Source: an uncultured Gemmataceae bacterium (lineage in GTDB: Bacteria; Planctomycetota; Planctomycetia; Gemmatales; Gemmataceae). From it: 64,000 nt of DNA. Below are positions 1 through 10,204 of the stretch, one piece after another (position 1 is the stretch's first letter; each line of letters begins with the position of its first letter). The notes beneath the pieces were generated by a model. It had not been told where the DNA came from. It saw nothing but the letters and a program-made list of their open reading frames with translations, and did not search any database. A program made the position numbers and the translations under genes. Location: positions 800,001 to 864,000 of the forward strand of contig CAVVPN010000004.1 in NCBI GenBank assembly GCA_963750165.1, given 5' to 3'.

Positions 1-88
1 AAAAAATCGGAAATGCGTGTCCACTTTTCCGCGCCGATTGCGATACCCCGGATAGAGGGCGTCGGTCCCTGCTCCCGAACCGTCTCTC

Positions 89-2080
89 TTGACCCGCGAG
101 GTGTCCGTGCCAGCCCCGTTGCGAAACGCCACCTACCCCGTGCCCGCGTTCCGGCCGCTGCGCGTCTACGCCTTCGACCCGAGCCTGGCCACCCAGCTCG
201 AAACGGCCGTCCTCAACCAGACCACCCTCAAGGTCATCTGGGAGAGCGAGCCGCGCACCGGTATCAGTATCCTGAAGCCGGGCCCCGTCGGCGAATACCT
301 GGAAGTGGTCGATTACGACCCCGCCAGCCAGTGCTTCTACGCGCCGGTTGATCTGGACGACCCATCGCTGCTGGCCCAGGGCGGACTGCCGCCGTCGGAG
401 GGCAACCCCAAGTTTCATCAGCAAATGGTCTACGCGGTGTCCATGACCACCATCCGCCACTTCGAGCGCGCCCTGGGCCGACTGGCCCTGTGGTCGCCGC
501 GTCGCGCCGAGGACGGCGACGGCAAGATTCACTTCGAGTACGTGCCGCGGTTGCGCATCTACCCGCACGCGCTGCGCGAGGCCAACGCCTACTACAGCCC
601 GGACAAGAAAGCGCTGCTGTTCGGCTACTTCCCCGCGTCGGCGGACCACCCCGACCTCAACCTGCCCGGCGGCCTGGTCTTCACCTGCCTGTCGCACGAC
701 GTGGTCGCCCACGAGACCACGCACGCCCTGCTCGACGGCCTGCACCGCCGCTTCAACGAGGCCAGCAACCCCGACGTGCTCGCCTTCCACGAGGGCTTCG
801 CCGATGTCGTCGCCCTGTTCCAGCACTTCAACAACCAGGACGTGCTGTTGCACCAGGTGGCGCGCACCCGCGGCGATCTGGCCAGCCAGAACATGCTCGG
901 TCAGCTGGCCCAGCAGTTCGGCCAGGCCATCGGCGGCTACGGCGCGCTGCGCGACGCCATCGGCTATGTGGACGACAAGGGCGACTGGCACCGGCAGAAG
1001 CCCAATCCGACCGCCTACCAGACGACGACGGAGCCGCACGCCCGCGGTTCCCTGCTGGTGGCGGCGGTCTTCGACGCCTTTCTGTCGATCTACAAGGCGC
1101 GCGTCGCCGACCTGCTGCGCATCGCCACCAAAGGCACCGGTGTGCTGCCGGCCGGCGACATCCACCCCGACCTGGCCCGCCGGCTGGCGTCCGAGGCCGC
1201 CAAGGCCGCCGGCCATGTGTTGGTCATGTGCATCCGCGCCCTGGACTACTGCCCGCCGGTGGACCTGACCTTCGGCGAGTACCTGCGGGCGCTGATTACC
1301 GCCGACGCCGACCTGGTGCCCGACGACGACCTGGGCTATCGCGTCGCCTTCATCGAGGCGTTTCGCTACCGCGGCATCTATCCGCGCGATGTGCGCACCC
1401 TGTCGGTCGAGAGCCTGCGCTGGCAGGCGGAGATCCCCGGCCTGACCGACAAGCAGCGGGCCGCCCTGCTGGTGGAACTGCGGAAGATCAAGCTCGACTG
1501 GAACCTGACCACCAACCGGGAGTCGGTGTACCACTCGGCGGAACTCAACCGCCTTGCCGTCCACGAGTGGCTGGTGAGCCACGACCTGGACAGGGCCTTC
1601 ACGCGGGCGCTGGGCCTGGCGCTGCACGACGACGCCCCGGCCACCATTGCCCGCCATCCGAAAACCAAACGCCCGCTGGTCGAGGTCCATTCGGTGCGCC
1701 CGGCCCGCCGCGTCGGCCCCGACGGCCAGTTGCTCGTGGACCTGATCGTCGAGATCACGCAACGACGGCTCGCCTTCCTCGACCCGAAGGAACAGGACAG
1801 GCACGACAAGGCGAAGACGCCCATCGACGTGAACGCCTTCGCGGAGCGGCGGCCCGAGGAGACGTTCGTCTTCCGCGGCGGCTGCACGCTGGTCGTTAGC
1901 ATGGAGAGCGCCGGCGTCCGCGCCTGCATTCGCAAGGACATCCTGAGCAGCAGCCGGTTGGAGCGCCAGCGCCGCTTCTTCCGCGACCCCACGGAGCGGT
2001 CGCTGCACGCCACGTATTTCGGCGACTTCCGCACCGGCGACGACAAGGAGCCGTTCGCCATGCTGCACCGCGACTTTTAG
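89..2080 (+). CDS. Gluzincin metallopeptidase (M4/M36 thermolysin-like), no signal peptide
   Basis: 663-aa ORF (TTG start) with HETTH (HExxH), downstream HEGFAD (third zinc-ligand Glu), NAYY and EPHARG motifs. Confidence 0.8.
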   Translation: MTREVSVPAPLRNATYPVPAFRPLRVYAFDPSLATQLETAVLNQTTLKVIWESEPRTGISILKPGPVGEYLEVVDYDPASQCFYAPVDLDDPSLLAQGGLPPSEGNPKFHQQMVYAVSMTTIRHFERALGRLALWSPRRAEDGDGKIHFEYVPRLRIYPHALREANAYYSPDKKALLFGYFPASADHPDLNLPGGLVFTCLSHDVVAHETTHALLDGLHRRFNEASNPDVLAFHEGFADVVALFQHFNNQDVLLHQVARTRGDLASQNMLGQLAQQFGQAIGGYGALRDAIGYVDDKGDWHRQKPNPTAYQTTTEPHARGSLLVAAVFDAFLSIYKARVADLLRIATKGTGVLPAGDIHPDLARRLASEAAKAAGHVLVMCIRALDYCPPVDLTFGEYLRALITADADLVPDDDLGYRVAFIEAFRYRGIYPRDVRTLSVESLRWQAEIPGLTDKQRAALLVELRKIKLDWNLTTNRESVYHSAELNRLAVHEWLVSHDLDRAFTRALGLALHDDAPATIARHPKTKRPLVEVHSVRPARRVGPDGQLLVDLIVEITQRRLAFLDPKEQDRHDKAKTPIDVNAFAERRPEETFVFRGGCTLVVSMESAGVRACIRKDILSSSRLERQRRFFRDPTERSLHATYFGDFRTGDDKEPFAMLHRDF

Positions 2081-2101
2081 AACCAGTGGCGGAAAGAACT
2101 G

Positions 2102-2274
2102 TCTGCGTTCGTAGTACCGCCTATTGCAGATTGCGAATGGATGTAGCGGAAGTCGCCAGACTTCCGAGCAGCACCGGACGGAAGTCTGGCGACTTCCGCT
2201 ACACCTAACTGCGAACCGCTCCAGGCGGAATCTGACTGGCTGATTCCGCCTAAAGGCGGTACTACGAACGCAGA
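2102..2274. repeat. Nested REP/REPIN element: GTAGTACCGCCT-type inverted pair interrupted by an insert carrying a GTAGCGGAAGTCGCCAGACTTCCG inverted pair
   Basis: Outer arms tctgcgttcgtagtaccgcct (2102-2122) / aggcggtactacgaacgcaga (~2254-2274); inner pair 2143-2202 recurs at 28383-28439. Confidence 0.85.
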
Positions 2275-2324
2275 ATCCAGAGGACGCCCGCTTTCCGCCA
2301 CAACTTGTTAACAGCGAGGCCCCC

Positions 2325-3768
2325 ATGAGCAAAGCCCCCGTTCACCCGCAGACGGCCGGCGAGGTCAGCGTCCGCATGTATCGCCAGGGCCTTGGCGACT
2401 GCTTCCTGCTCACCTTCCCCACGGCTACTGGGGACCCGTTTTTCATGCTCATCGACTGTGGCGTCATCCTCGGCACGCCGGACCCGGAACCCAAAATGAC
2501 CGCGGTCGCCAAGGACATCCAGGAGACGACCGGCGGCCACCTCCATGCGCTGGTCGCCACGCACGAGCACTGGGACCACCTCTCGGGCTTCGTCCAGGCG
2601 AAAAAAGTCTTCGAGCAGATCGAGGTGGACGCGGTCTGGCTGGCCTGGACGGAGGATTCGAGCAACGCCGTGGCGCGGCGGCTCAAGGAGGACCGCCGGC
2701 GAACCCTGCGCCGTGCAGGGGGCGGTTACTCACCTGCAGGCCACGGGCGACGACCCGGACACTGCCGACAAGTTCGAGGGCGTGCTGAGCTTCTTCGGCG
2801 GCCTGGGCGCCAACGGCGCCGCCAAAACCGAGGACGCCCTGGCCTTTCTGCGCAGCCACGCCAAGTCGGTGCGCTTCTGCCGGCCCGGCGAGCCGCCGTT
2901 GACGCTGCCGGGGGTGCCGGGCGTGCGCGTCTTCGTGCTGGGCCCGCCGGAGGACCCGGCCGCCATCAAGCGGACCAACCCCAGCAAGCGCGACCGCGAA
3001 ACCTACGACGTCACAGCCGCGCTGACGGCGGAGGACGCCTTCCTGGCCGCGGTTCGCCATCGGACCGACAGCAACCTGAACAAGATGCACCCGGACGAAC
3101 GCACGGTGCTGGAACTGAGCTTCCCCTTCGACCAGGAGCTGAAAATCCCCGTCGTCCGGGCAAAGGAGGACGAGTTTTTCCAGAAACACTATGGCTTCCG
3201 CGCTGGCGGCCCCGACGCCTGGCGGCGGATCGAGGACGACTGGCTGGGCGGAGCCGGGCCGCTGGCGCTGCAGCTGGACAATGCCACCAACAACACGAGC
3301 CTGGCGCTGGCCATCGAACTGTCGCCGGGCGGCAAGGTGCTGCTGTTCCCGGGCGACGCCCAGGTGGGCAACTGGCTGTCCTGGGAAAAGTGTTCCTGGT
3401 CGCTGACCGAGGGCGGCCACACGGTGCATGTCACCAGCGCTGACCTGCTGGCCCGCACGGTCCTGTACAAGGTCGGCCATCACGCCAGCCACAACGCCAC
3501 GCTGCGGGCCAAGGGGCTGGAGCTGATGACCAGTCCCGAACTGGTGGCGATGATTCCCGTGGACCACGACATGGCCGTCATCAAGCGCTGGGACATGCCC
3601 TTCGAGTCGCTGTTGCAGCGGTTGCTGGAGAAGACCGGCGGGCGGGTGCTGCGCATCGACAAGGGGCTGCTGGACCGGCCGAAGAGTGTGCCGGCCAAAC
3701 AGTGGCAGACGTTTCGCGACCGGGTCACGGTCACCGACCTGGCCCTGGACTATGACATCACTCCTTGA
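2325..3768 (+). CDS. MBL-fold metallo-hydrolase (ComEC/Rec2-like); one frameshift near 2710, probably a sequencing error
   Basis: Frame 1 has GLGDCFLL, LIDCG, THEHWDHLSG (HxHxDH); frame 2 continues with NNTSLALAIE, LLFPGDAQ, YKVGHHASHNAT. Confidence 0.8.
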
Positions 3769-3777
3769 GGAACGCTC

Positions 3778-4806
3778 ATGGCACGCAAGCGCTCGACAAC
3801 GCCTCACACCGGCAAGCCGCGCCGCCGCGCCCCGACCCCAGCGGCGGCGCCCACCGCCGCGGCGGCCGCGGACCAGTACCTGGTCTATGTCCACGGCATC
3901 TGCGCGCACAGCGCCGGCTACTCCGATCCGTGGTGGGCGGCGCTGAAGCCCTACGTGACCACCGTCCCGGACGCGAACCGCAAGGAAGTGCTCTGGAGCG
4001 ATGTCATCACGCCGGCGGCCGCCCCGGCGGCACAACCGATGTCCCGCGAGGAGCGGTTCGCGCTGCGACTGACCCGGGCGCAGGCACCGACCACAGCCGA
4101 CCCGCGTGCCACCGCGCTGGCCGCGCAGGTCATGGACGTGCTCGCCGACCGGGTGCAGCAGCAGCAGTTGGTGGCCGCGGCCGCGCCCGGCCCCGGGGTC
4201 GCCCCGGCCGCCGCAGCCCTGGGGCCGGCGTCCGCGCAGAACTTCCTGGTGGCGGAGGCCGCGGCGCCGCTGCCCTTCCTGGGGCTGCCGGACTTCGAGT
4301 GCATCAGCGACTTCATGAGCTACCTGCTCAACAACGACATTCGCACCCAGGTCATGGACCGCTTCGCCGCGGTCGTCGAGCCGTTGCTGGCGGCCGGCAG
4401 CGAGGTCCACGTCATCAGCCACAGCTGGGGCACGGTGGTCGCCTACGAGGCCCTGCGCCGCATGGACGGCGCCCACCCCGAGTACGCCGACGGCAGCGTC
4501 CTGAACCTGTTCACGGTGGGCAGCGCCCTGGCCATCGCGCCGGTGAAGCGCAACTTGCTGCCCAGCGACATTGACGGCCGGCGGCCGCGCCTGGTCCGCA
4601 CCTGGGTCAACCTGGACGCGCGCTTCGACGTGGTCGGCGGCCCGCTGAGCGGCAACCCGTTCCAGGTGGACGCGGAGTATCTGAACCTGCCGCCGGTCGG
4701 CTGTTCGATGTGGATCCCCAACCCGGTGTGCGCGCACGGCTCCTACTTCCAGGCGGCCAACGTCACGGTCAACGAAGGCATCTTCGGCAAGTACATGTCC
4801 GGCTGA
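3778..4806 (+). CDS. Alpha/beta hydrolase (lipase-like)
   Basis: VYVHGI oxyanion region, ISHSWG nucleophile elbow, FTVGS, D-V-V and C-terminal AHGSY. Confidence 0.7.
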   Translation: MARKRSTTPHTGKPRRRAPTPAAAPTAAAAADQYLVYVHGICAHSAGYSDPWWAALKPYVTTVPDANRKEVLWSDVITPAAAPAAQPMSREERFALRLTRAQAPTTADPRATALAAQVMDVLADRVQQQQLVAAAAPGPGVAPAAAALGPASAQNFLVAEAAAPLPFLGLPDFECISDFMSYLLNNDIRTQVMDRFAAVVEPLLAAGSEVHVISHSWGTVVAYEALRRMDGAHPEYADGSVLNLFTVGSALAIAPVKRNLLPSDIDGRRPRLVRTWVNLDARFDVVGGPLSGNPFQVDAEYLNLPPVGCSMWIPNPVCAHGSYFQAANVTVNEGIFGKYMSG

Positions 4807-4839
4807 CGCCGCCGGGCCGCTACACTAACCCCCGGCGGC

Positions 4840-5745
4840 TTGCGACCCATCCTTGATTCTCGCCCGGGGCGGACAGTCATGCTGGTCGATCTGGTGCAGG
4901 CGACGGCGCGGGACGGCGTGCGGCTGGACGGGGCGTTCCAGGCAGCGCCGGCCGGCACGCCCGCGGTGGCGGTGGACGGCTTCTGCCTGATCCACGGCAC
5001 CGGCGGCAATTTCTACAACTCCACCCTGTTCGACGTGCTCGCAGAGCGGCTGCTGCAACGCGGCAGTGCCGTGCTGCGCGCGAACACGCGCGGCCACGAC
5101 GGCATCAGCACCGCCGCCATGCCGCGCGGCGGCCGGCGCCTCGGGGCGGCCTACGAACTGTTCGACGACTGCCGCCACGACGTCGCCGCCTGGGTCGAGT
5201 GGCTGCGGCAGCGGGCCGGTCCGCGCGTTGGGCTGATCGGCCACAGCCTCGGGGCCGTGAAGTGCCTGTATGCTCAGGCCCAGGAGCCGGACGCGGCGGT
5301 GCGCTGCGTCGTCGCGGTGTCGCCGCCGCGGCTGTCGTATGCGTGGTTCTGCCAGAGCGCGGCGCGCGACGAGTTTCTGCGAACCTTCGCCCAGGCGGAG
5401 GCGTATGTACACGACGGTCAACCGCAGACGCTGCTGGACGTGAAGTTTCCGCTGCCCTACGTCGTGACCGCCGCCGGCTACCTCGACAAGTACGGGCCGG
5501 ACGAGCGCGTCAACTACCTGTCGTTCCTGCGCGGCGTGCCGTGTCCGGTGCTGGTGACGCTCGGCGGCATTGAAGTGGAGAACAACGTCGCGTTCCAGGG
5601 GGCGGCGGCGGAGCTGGAGCAACTGCGCCGGCCGCAGTTGACGGTCGCCACCGTCGCCGGGGCGGATCACTTTTACACCGGGACGCGGGCGGAACTGGCG
5701 GCGTGCGTGGAGGGCTGGCTGCGCACGGCGGTTGCAGCATTGTGA
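4840..5745 (+). CDS. Alpha/beta hydrolase (start may be ATG 4879)
   Basis: LIHGTGGNFY, GHSLG, GADHFY catalytic motifs. Confidence 0.8.
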   Translation: MRPILDSRPGRTVMLVDLVQATARDGVRLDGAFQAAPAGTPAVAVDGFCLIHGTGGNFYNSTLFDVLAERLLQRGSAVLRANTRGHDGISTAAMPRGGRRLGAAYELFDDCRHDVAAWVEWLRQRAGPRVGLIGHSLGAVKCLYAQAQEPDAAVRCVVAVSPPRLSYAWFCQSAARDEFLRTFAQAEAYVHDGQPQTLLDVKFPLPYVVTAAGYLDKYGPDERVNYLSFLRGVPCPVLVTLGGIEVENNVAFQGAAAELEQLRRPQLTVATVAGADHFYTGTRAELAACVEGWLRTAVAAL

Positions 5746-5842
5746 GAGAGGCTGGAAATTTCGTGGAAGAAGCAGCTCCGCGTGGGATCATAGAGGCGTG
5801 GAGGTCGTCCGCGTCCGAAACAACTTTTCTGGAGCCCTCGTC

Positions 5843-6786
5843 ATGAAAACACGTCTTGTCGGCAGCGCGGTGGTGGCGTGCGTGGTCCTCGTCGGTCTCG
5901 GCTGCGGCGAGGCGATGAAATCGGAGGCCCCGCCAGTGTCCAACGCCAAGGTAGACGTGGCCAGTAAAGACGCCCCGCCGGAAAAGATGATGCGTGGAAC
6001 GACGCACAAAGAAGCATATTTTGAGCGAGTCGGCCTGGATTTTGACCAGCAACCAGCGCCCGTCGTCCGCAAGGTCATCTACACGGCCACGCTCAAAATG
6101 GAGGTCGAGGATTTTCCCAAAGCAGCAGAGGAACTGGAGCGGCTGATCGAGGAACACAAGGCCATCCTGGAGCACACCGACATCACCGGCGGCGCGGCAG
6201 TTCCCGCTCAGGCCACTGGAAGGTCCGCATCGCTCCGGAGAAGCGGGCCGCCTTCCAACGAGCCGTCGCCAAGCTAGGCGAGGTGGAACAGAACACCCTG
6301 AGCAGTCAGGACGTGACCGAGGAGTACGTGGACCTGAGCCGGCGCATCCAGAACAAGGAAGCGGAGGTGCAAAGCTACCGCGAACTGTTCAAGGAGGCGA
6401 AAAAGATCCCGGACATCCTGAGCGTTTCGGAGAAACTGTATCAAGCCCAGGAAAACCTGGAACGGCTTCAGGGCCGCAAGAAATACCTGGAGAGCCTGTC
6501 CGACCTGGCGACCGTCAACGTCTACCTGGGCGAGCGCGGCGTCTACGTACCGGCGGAAAGCCTGGACTTCGGCACCAGCGTCGGCCGGACGTTCTCGGGC
6601 TCGGTCAACGCCCTGGTGCAGTTCGGCCGCGGTGCGGCGCTGGTGGCGGTGGCGCTGGTGCCGTGGCTGCCGATCATGCTGGTGATCGGGGTGCCAGTTT
6701 TCCTGGCGTGGCGGCACCACCGGCGTCAGGCCATTCCGACCGTGACGGAGGTGCCGCCGTCGGCCGCGCCGCCGACCCAGGGGTGA
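5843..6786 (+). CDS. DUF4349-domain lipoprotein/membrane protein; frameshift near 6195
   Basis: Lipobox-like LVGLGC, RKVIYTATLKMEVEDF, then QDVTEEYVDL coiled coil and a C-terminal TM helix in the second frame. Confidence 0.8.
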
Positions 6787-6908
6787 GCGTGTCGAGCGGC
6801 CGCGGTCGCGCGGCAAACGCCCTTGCAAGGGCCGGGGCGGGGCGGTAGCTTAACAACGTTTCGCCCGGATGGTTTTTCAGCGACTCCAGGGCCCCGAGGG
6901 CAATCGAC

Positions 6909-7331
6909 ATGGCTCGCCGCATTCTCAACCGCAAGGATCTCCGTGCCGCCAACGACGCCGCCGAGCGCCGCCTGACGGACGATGAGGAAGTCGTTGACGA
7001 AGAGGCCGGCGACGAGGACGAGGAAGAAGAAGCGGGCGAAGCCGAGGCCGAGGCGGAAGGCGACGAGGACGAAGAAGAAGCGCCCGCCGTCAAGAAGAAG
7101 AAGGCCCCCGCCAAGGTCAAGGCCAAGGCCAAGCCGCGCACGCGCACGGCCAAGGTGACGCGCATGCGCGTCGTCTGGGGCGTCTTCAACAACTCCAACC
7201 AGTGCGTCGCCAGCTACCCGTATCCGCAAAAAGCCGAGGCAGAGGCCCACGCCGTCAAGCTCACCGCCGACAAGCGCAACACCCACTTTGTCCAGCCCGT
7301 CAAGGAGGCCATGGAAGAGAAGAAGGAGTGA
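6909..7331 (+). CDS. Hypothetical protein with acidic tract followed by Lys/Ala-rich tract
   Basis: 140-aa ORF with strong codon bias; folded-looking C-terminus (RMRVVWGVFNNS...HFVQPVKE). Confidence 0.75.
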   Translation: MARRILNRKDLRAANDAAERRLTDDEEVVDEEAGDEDEEEEAGEAEAEAEGDEDEEEAPAVKKKKAPAKVKAKAKPRTRTAKVTRMRVVWGVFNNSNQCVASYPYPQKAEAEAHAVKLTADKRNTHFVQPVKEAMEEKKE

Positions 7332-7336
7332 AAATA

Positions 7337-7527
7337 ATTGCAGATTGCAAATTGCAGATTGCAAATGGAAAGACAACCACCCACCCTGTTGTGGCTTGGT
7401 CTGCGGACCAAGCCACTTGGCCCGACCGAAGGTCTCCCCGAATGCTTGTAACCCCGAAGAGGAGACCTTCGGTCGGGGCCACAACGGGTGTCTTTCCATT
7501 TGCAATCTGCAATTTGCAATCTGCAAT
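7337..7527. repeat. Long inverted repeat built of TTGCARA heptamers enclosing a second inverted pair
   Basis: attgcagattgcaaattgcagattgcaaatggaaagaca (7337-7375) is the reverse complement of 7489-7527; inner cccgaccgaaggtctcc/ggagaccttcggtcggg pair. Confidence 0.9.
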
Positions 7528-7535
7528 CCAATCCC

Positions 7536-9613
7536 ATGGACGCCAGCGCCTCCCCCCTGGACGAACCCGTGCAGTTCCTCAAGGGCGTCGGCCCCGCCCG
7601 GGCCGAGGTGCTCCGCCGCCTCGGCATCCTCACCGTCCGCGACCTGCTCTTCCACTTCCCCCGCGCCTACGAAGACCTCAGCGACGTGCGGCCCATCGCC
7701 CAGCTGACCGCCAACGCCACCGTCACCGTCCAGGGTGAGGTCGTCGAGATCGATGGCAAGCAGCTGCCGGACGGCCGCACCATCGTCAGCGTCGTCATCA
7801 GCGACAACGGCCGCGACTGCCTCGAAGGTGCCTGGTTCAACCAGACACACATCGCCCGCCGCTTCCGCTACGGCCAGCGCGTCGCCTTCAGCGGCAAGGC
7901 GACCTGGTTCCGCGACCGCTGGCGCATGGCCAACCCGCGCGTGCAGGACGCCGACGCCAGCAACCCTGCCACCCCCGGCGTCGTGCCCGTCTACCCGCTC
8001 ACCGAGGATCTGCGGCCCGACACCCTCCGCGCCCTGCTGCGGCAGACGCTGCCGACGCACGCCGGCCACGTCCCCGAAGTGCTGCCGGACGCCCTGCGCA
8101 CTCAGCACGGACTGCCGGAGGTGCGCCAGGCTCTGAACGACATCCACTTCCCGGCGACGCTCGCGGCAGGGCAGACGGCCCGGCGCCGCTTCGTCTACGA
8201 GGAACTGCTGCTGCTGCAGGTGGCGCTCGGCGTGCGCCGCCGAGATCTGCGCGACCGCCAGCGCGCCCGAAGCTGCCGGTCACCGCCGCCATCGACGAGC
8301 GCATCCGCCGGCTGTTCCCGTTTCAGCTCACCGGCGACCAGGAGAAGGTGATCGCGGAGCTGCGCCGCGACCTGGCCAGCGACCGGCCGATGCAGCGGCT
8401 GCTGCAGGCGGACGTGGGCGCCGGCAAGACGGCGGTGGCGGTGTACGCGCTGCTGGCGACCGTCGCCAACAAACATCAGGCGGCGCTGATGGCCCCGACG
8501 GAGGTGCTGGCCCGGCAGCACTCCCGCACGCTGGATCGCTACCTGGCGCACAGCCGGGTGCGGCGGCTGCTGCTGACCGGCGGGCTGACGGCGAAGGAGC
8601 GGCGCACGGCGCCGGCGGCGCTGAAGGCCGGCGACGTGGACCTGGTCGTGGGCACGCAGGCGCTGGTGCAGCAGGACGTGGAGTTCGCGCGGCTGGGCCT
8701 CATCGTCATCGACGAGCAGCACAAGTTCGGCGTCAACCAGCGGGCGCGGATGCGCAAGCTCGGCGTCGATCCGCACTATTTGGTCATGACCGCGACGCCG
8801 ATCCCGCGCACCGTGGCGCTGACGGTGTTCGGCGACCTGGATTTGTCGATCATCAAGCAGATGCCGCCGGGCCGCCGGCCGGTGACGACACGCTGGCTAC
8901 CGGAGGCGGAGCGGCCGCGGCTGTACGAGCGGCTGGCGGGCGAGCTGCGGCAGGGCCGGCAGGGCTACATCGTCTGTCCGCTGGTGGAGGAGTCGGAGGC
9001 GCTGGACCTGCGGGCGGCAGAGCAGACGCACGCCGAGTTGCAGGCGGGGCCGTTCCGTGCGTTCCGTGTCGGTCTGCTGACGGGCCGCATGGACGAGTCG
9101 GCGAAGGACGCGGTGATGCAGCAGTTCCATCAGAAGCAACTGGACCTGCTGGTGAGCACGATGGTGATCGAGGTCGGCGTCGATGTGGCGAACGCGACGT
9201 TCCTGGTGATCGAACATGCGGAGCGTTTCGGGCTGTCGCAGCTGCACCAGTTGCGCGGGCGCGTCGGCCGCGGCGGCTTGGCGGGCCAGTGCTACGTGTT
9301 CGCGCACGCCGGCAATGACGAGGCGAAGGCGCGGTTGCAGGCGTTCACGCGCACGGCGGACGGCTTCGCCCTGGCGGAGGTGGACGCGAAGTTGCGCGGC
9401 AGCGGCGAATTGCTGGGCACGAAGCAGTCGGGGCTGGGTGAGCTGCGCTGGGCGGACCTGGACGCGGATCGGGAGTTGTTGCGGGTGGCGCGGCACGATG
9501 CGTTCGCGCTGGTGGCGGCGGACGCGGGGCTGCGGCAGCCGGAGCACGCGGCGCTGCGGCGGGCGGTGCTGGAGCGCTACGGCAAGACACTGGATTTGGC
9601 GGAGATTGGCTGA
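7536..9613 (+). CDS. recG: ATP-dependent DNA helicase RecG; frameshift near 8265
   Basis: LKGVGP, LLFHFPRAYED wedge domain, RLLQADVGAGKT, MAPTEVLA, DEQHKFG, MTATPIPR, GLSQLHQLRGRVGRG, TRG motif. Confidence 0.95.
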
Positions 9614-9619
9614 CGCGGG

Positions 9620-10204
9620 CTACGGAGTGTGCTCGGTCAAGGTGCTTTCAATCCGCCGGTCGGGAATGAGCCACATCACCGCGACGACCACATACAGGCC
9701 ACAGGCCAGATAAGCGTGGACGAACGCCAGCGGGACAGCCGCGGCGTAGATGAGTAGCGACACCTTGCCCTTGACGTCGCCGCCAACGGCCCGTGCCAGC
9801 ACCGAGTCTCTGCCGTGCTGCGCGATCAGGGCACGGGTGAGCAGGTAATACGCGCAGCCCGAGAGCAGCAGCACCGTGCCGTAGGCGGCCACCGGCCACG
9901 CGGCGAAGTCGGTTACGCCCATCCAGTGCGTGACGAACGGCGTCAGCGACAGCCAGAACAGCAGGTGCAGATTCGCCCACAGGACGCGGCCGTTGACCCG
10001 CCGCGCCGCCTGAAAAAGGTGATGGTGGTTGTTCCAGTAGATGCCGATGAAGACGAAGCTGAGCACGTAACTCAGCAGCGCCGGCACCAGCGGCGTCAGC
10101 GCGTCGAGGTCCGCCTCGCGCGGGGCCTTCAGGTCCAGGACCATGATGGTAATGATGATCGCCAGGACGCCGTCACTGAACGCTTCGAGCCGTCCCGAGC
10201 TCAT
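9620..10204 (-). CDS. TMEM175 family (DUF1211) potassium channel
   Basis: RLEAFSDGVLAIIITIMVL signature, YWNNHHHLF, six hydrophobic segments; in frame with the upstream ORF. Confidence 0.9.
   Translation of the reverse strand: MSSGRLEAFSDGVLAIIITIMVLDLKAPREADLDALTPLVPALLSYVLSFVFIGIYWNNHHHLFQAARRVNGRVLWANLHLLFWLSLTPFVTHWMGVTDFAAWPVAAYGTVLLLSGCAYYLLTRALIAQHGRDSVLARAVGGDVKGKVSLLIYAAAVPLAFVHAYLACGLYVVVAVMWLIPDRRIESTLTEHTP

Noticed and set aside
7536..9613. recG, yggS and other split genes as true pseudogenes or programmed frameshifts
   Set aside because: Single indels in GC repeats with no other decay and no slippery heptamer point to sequencing error
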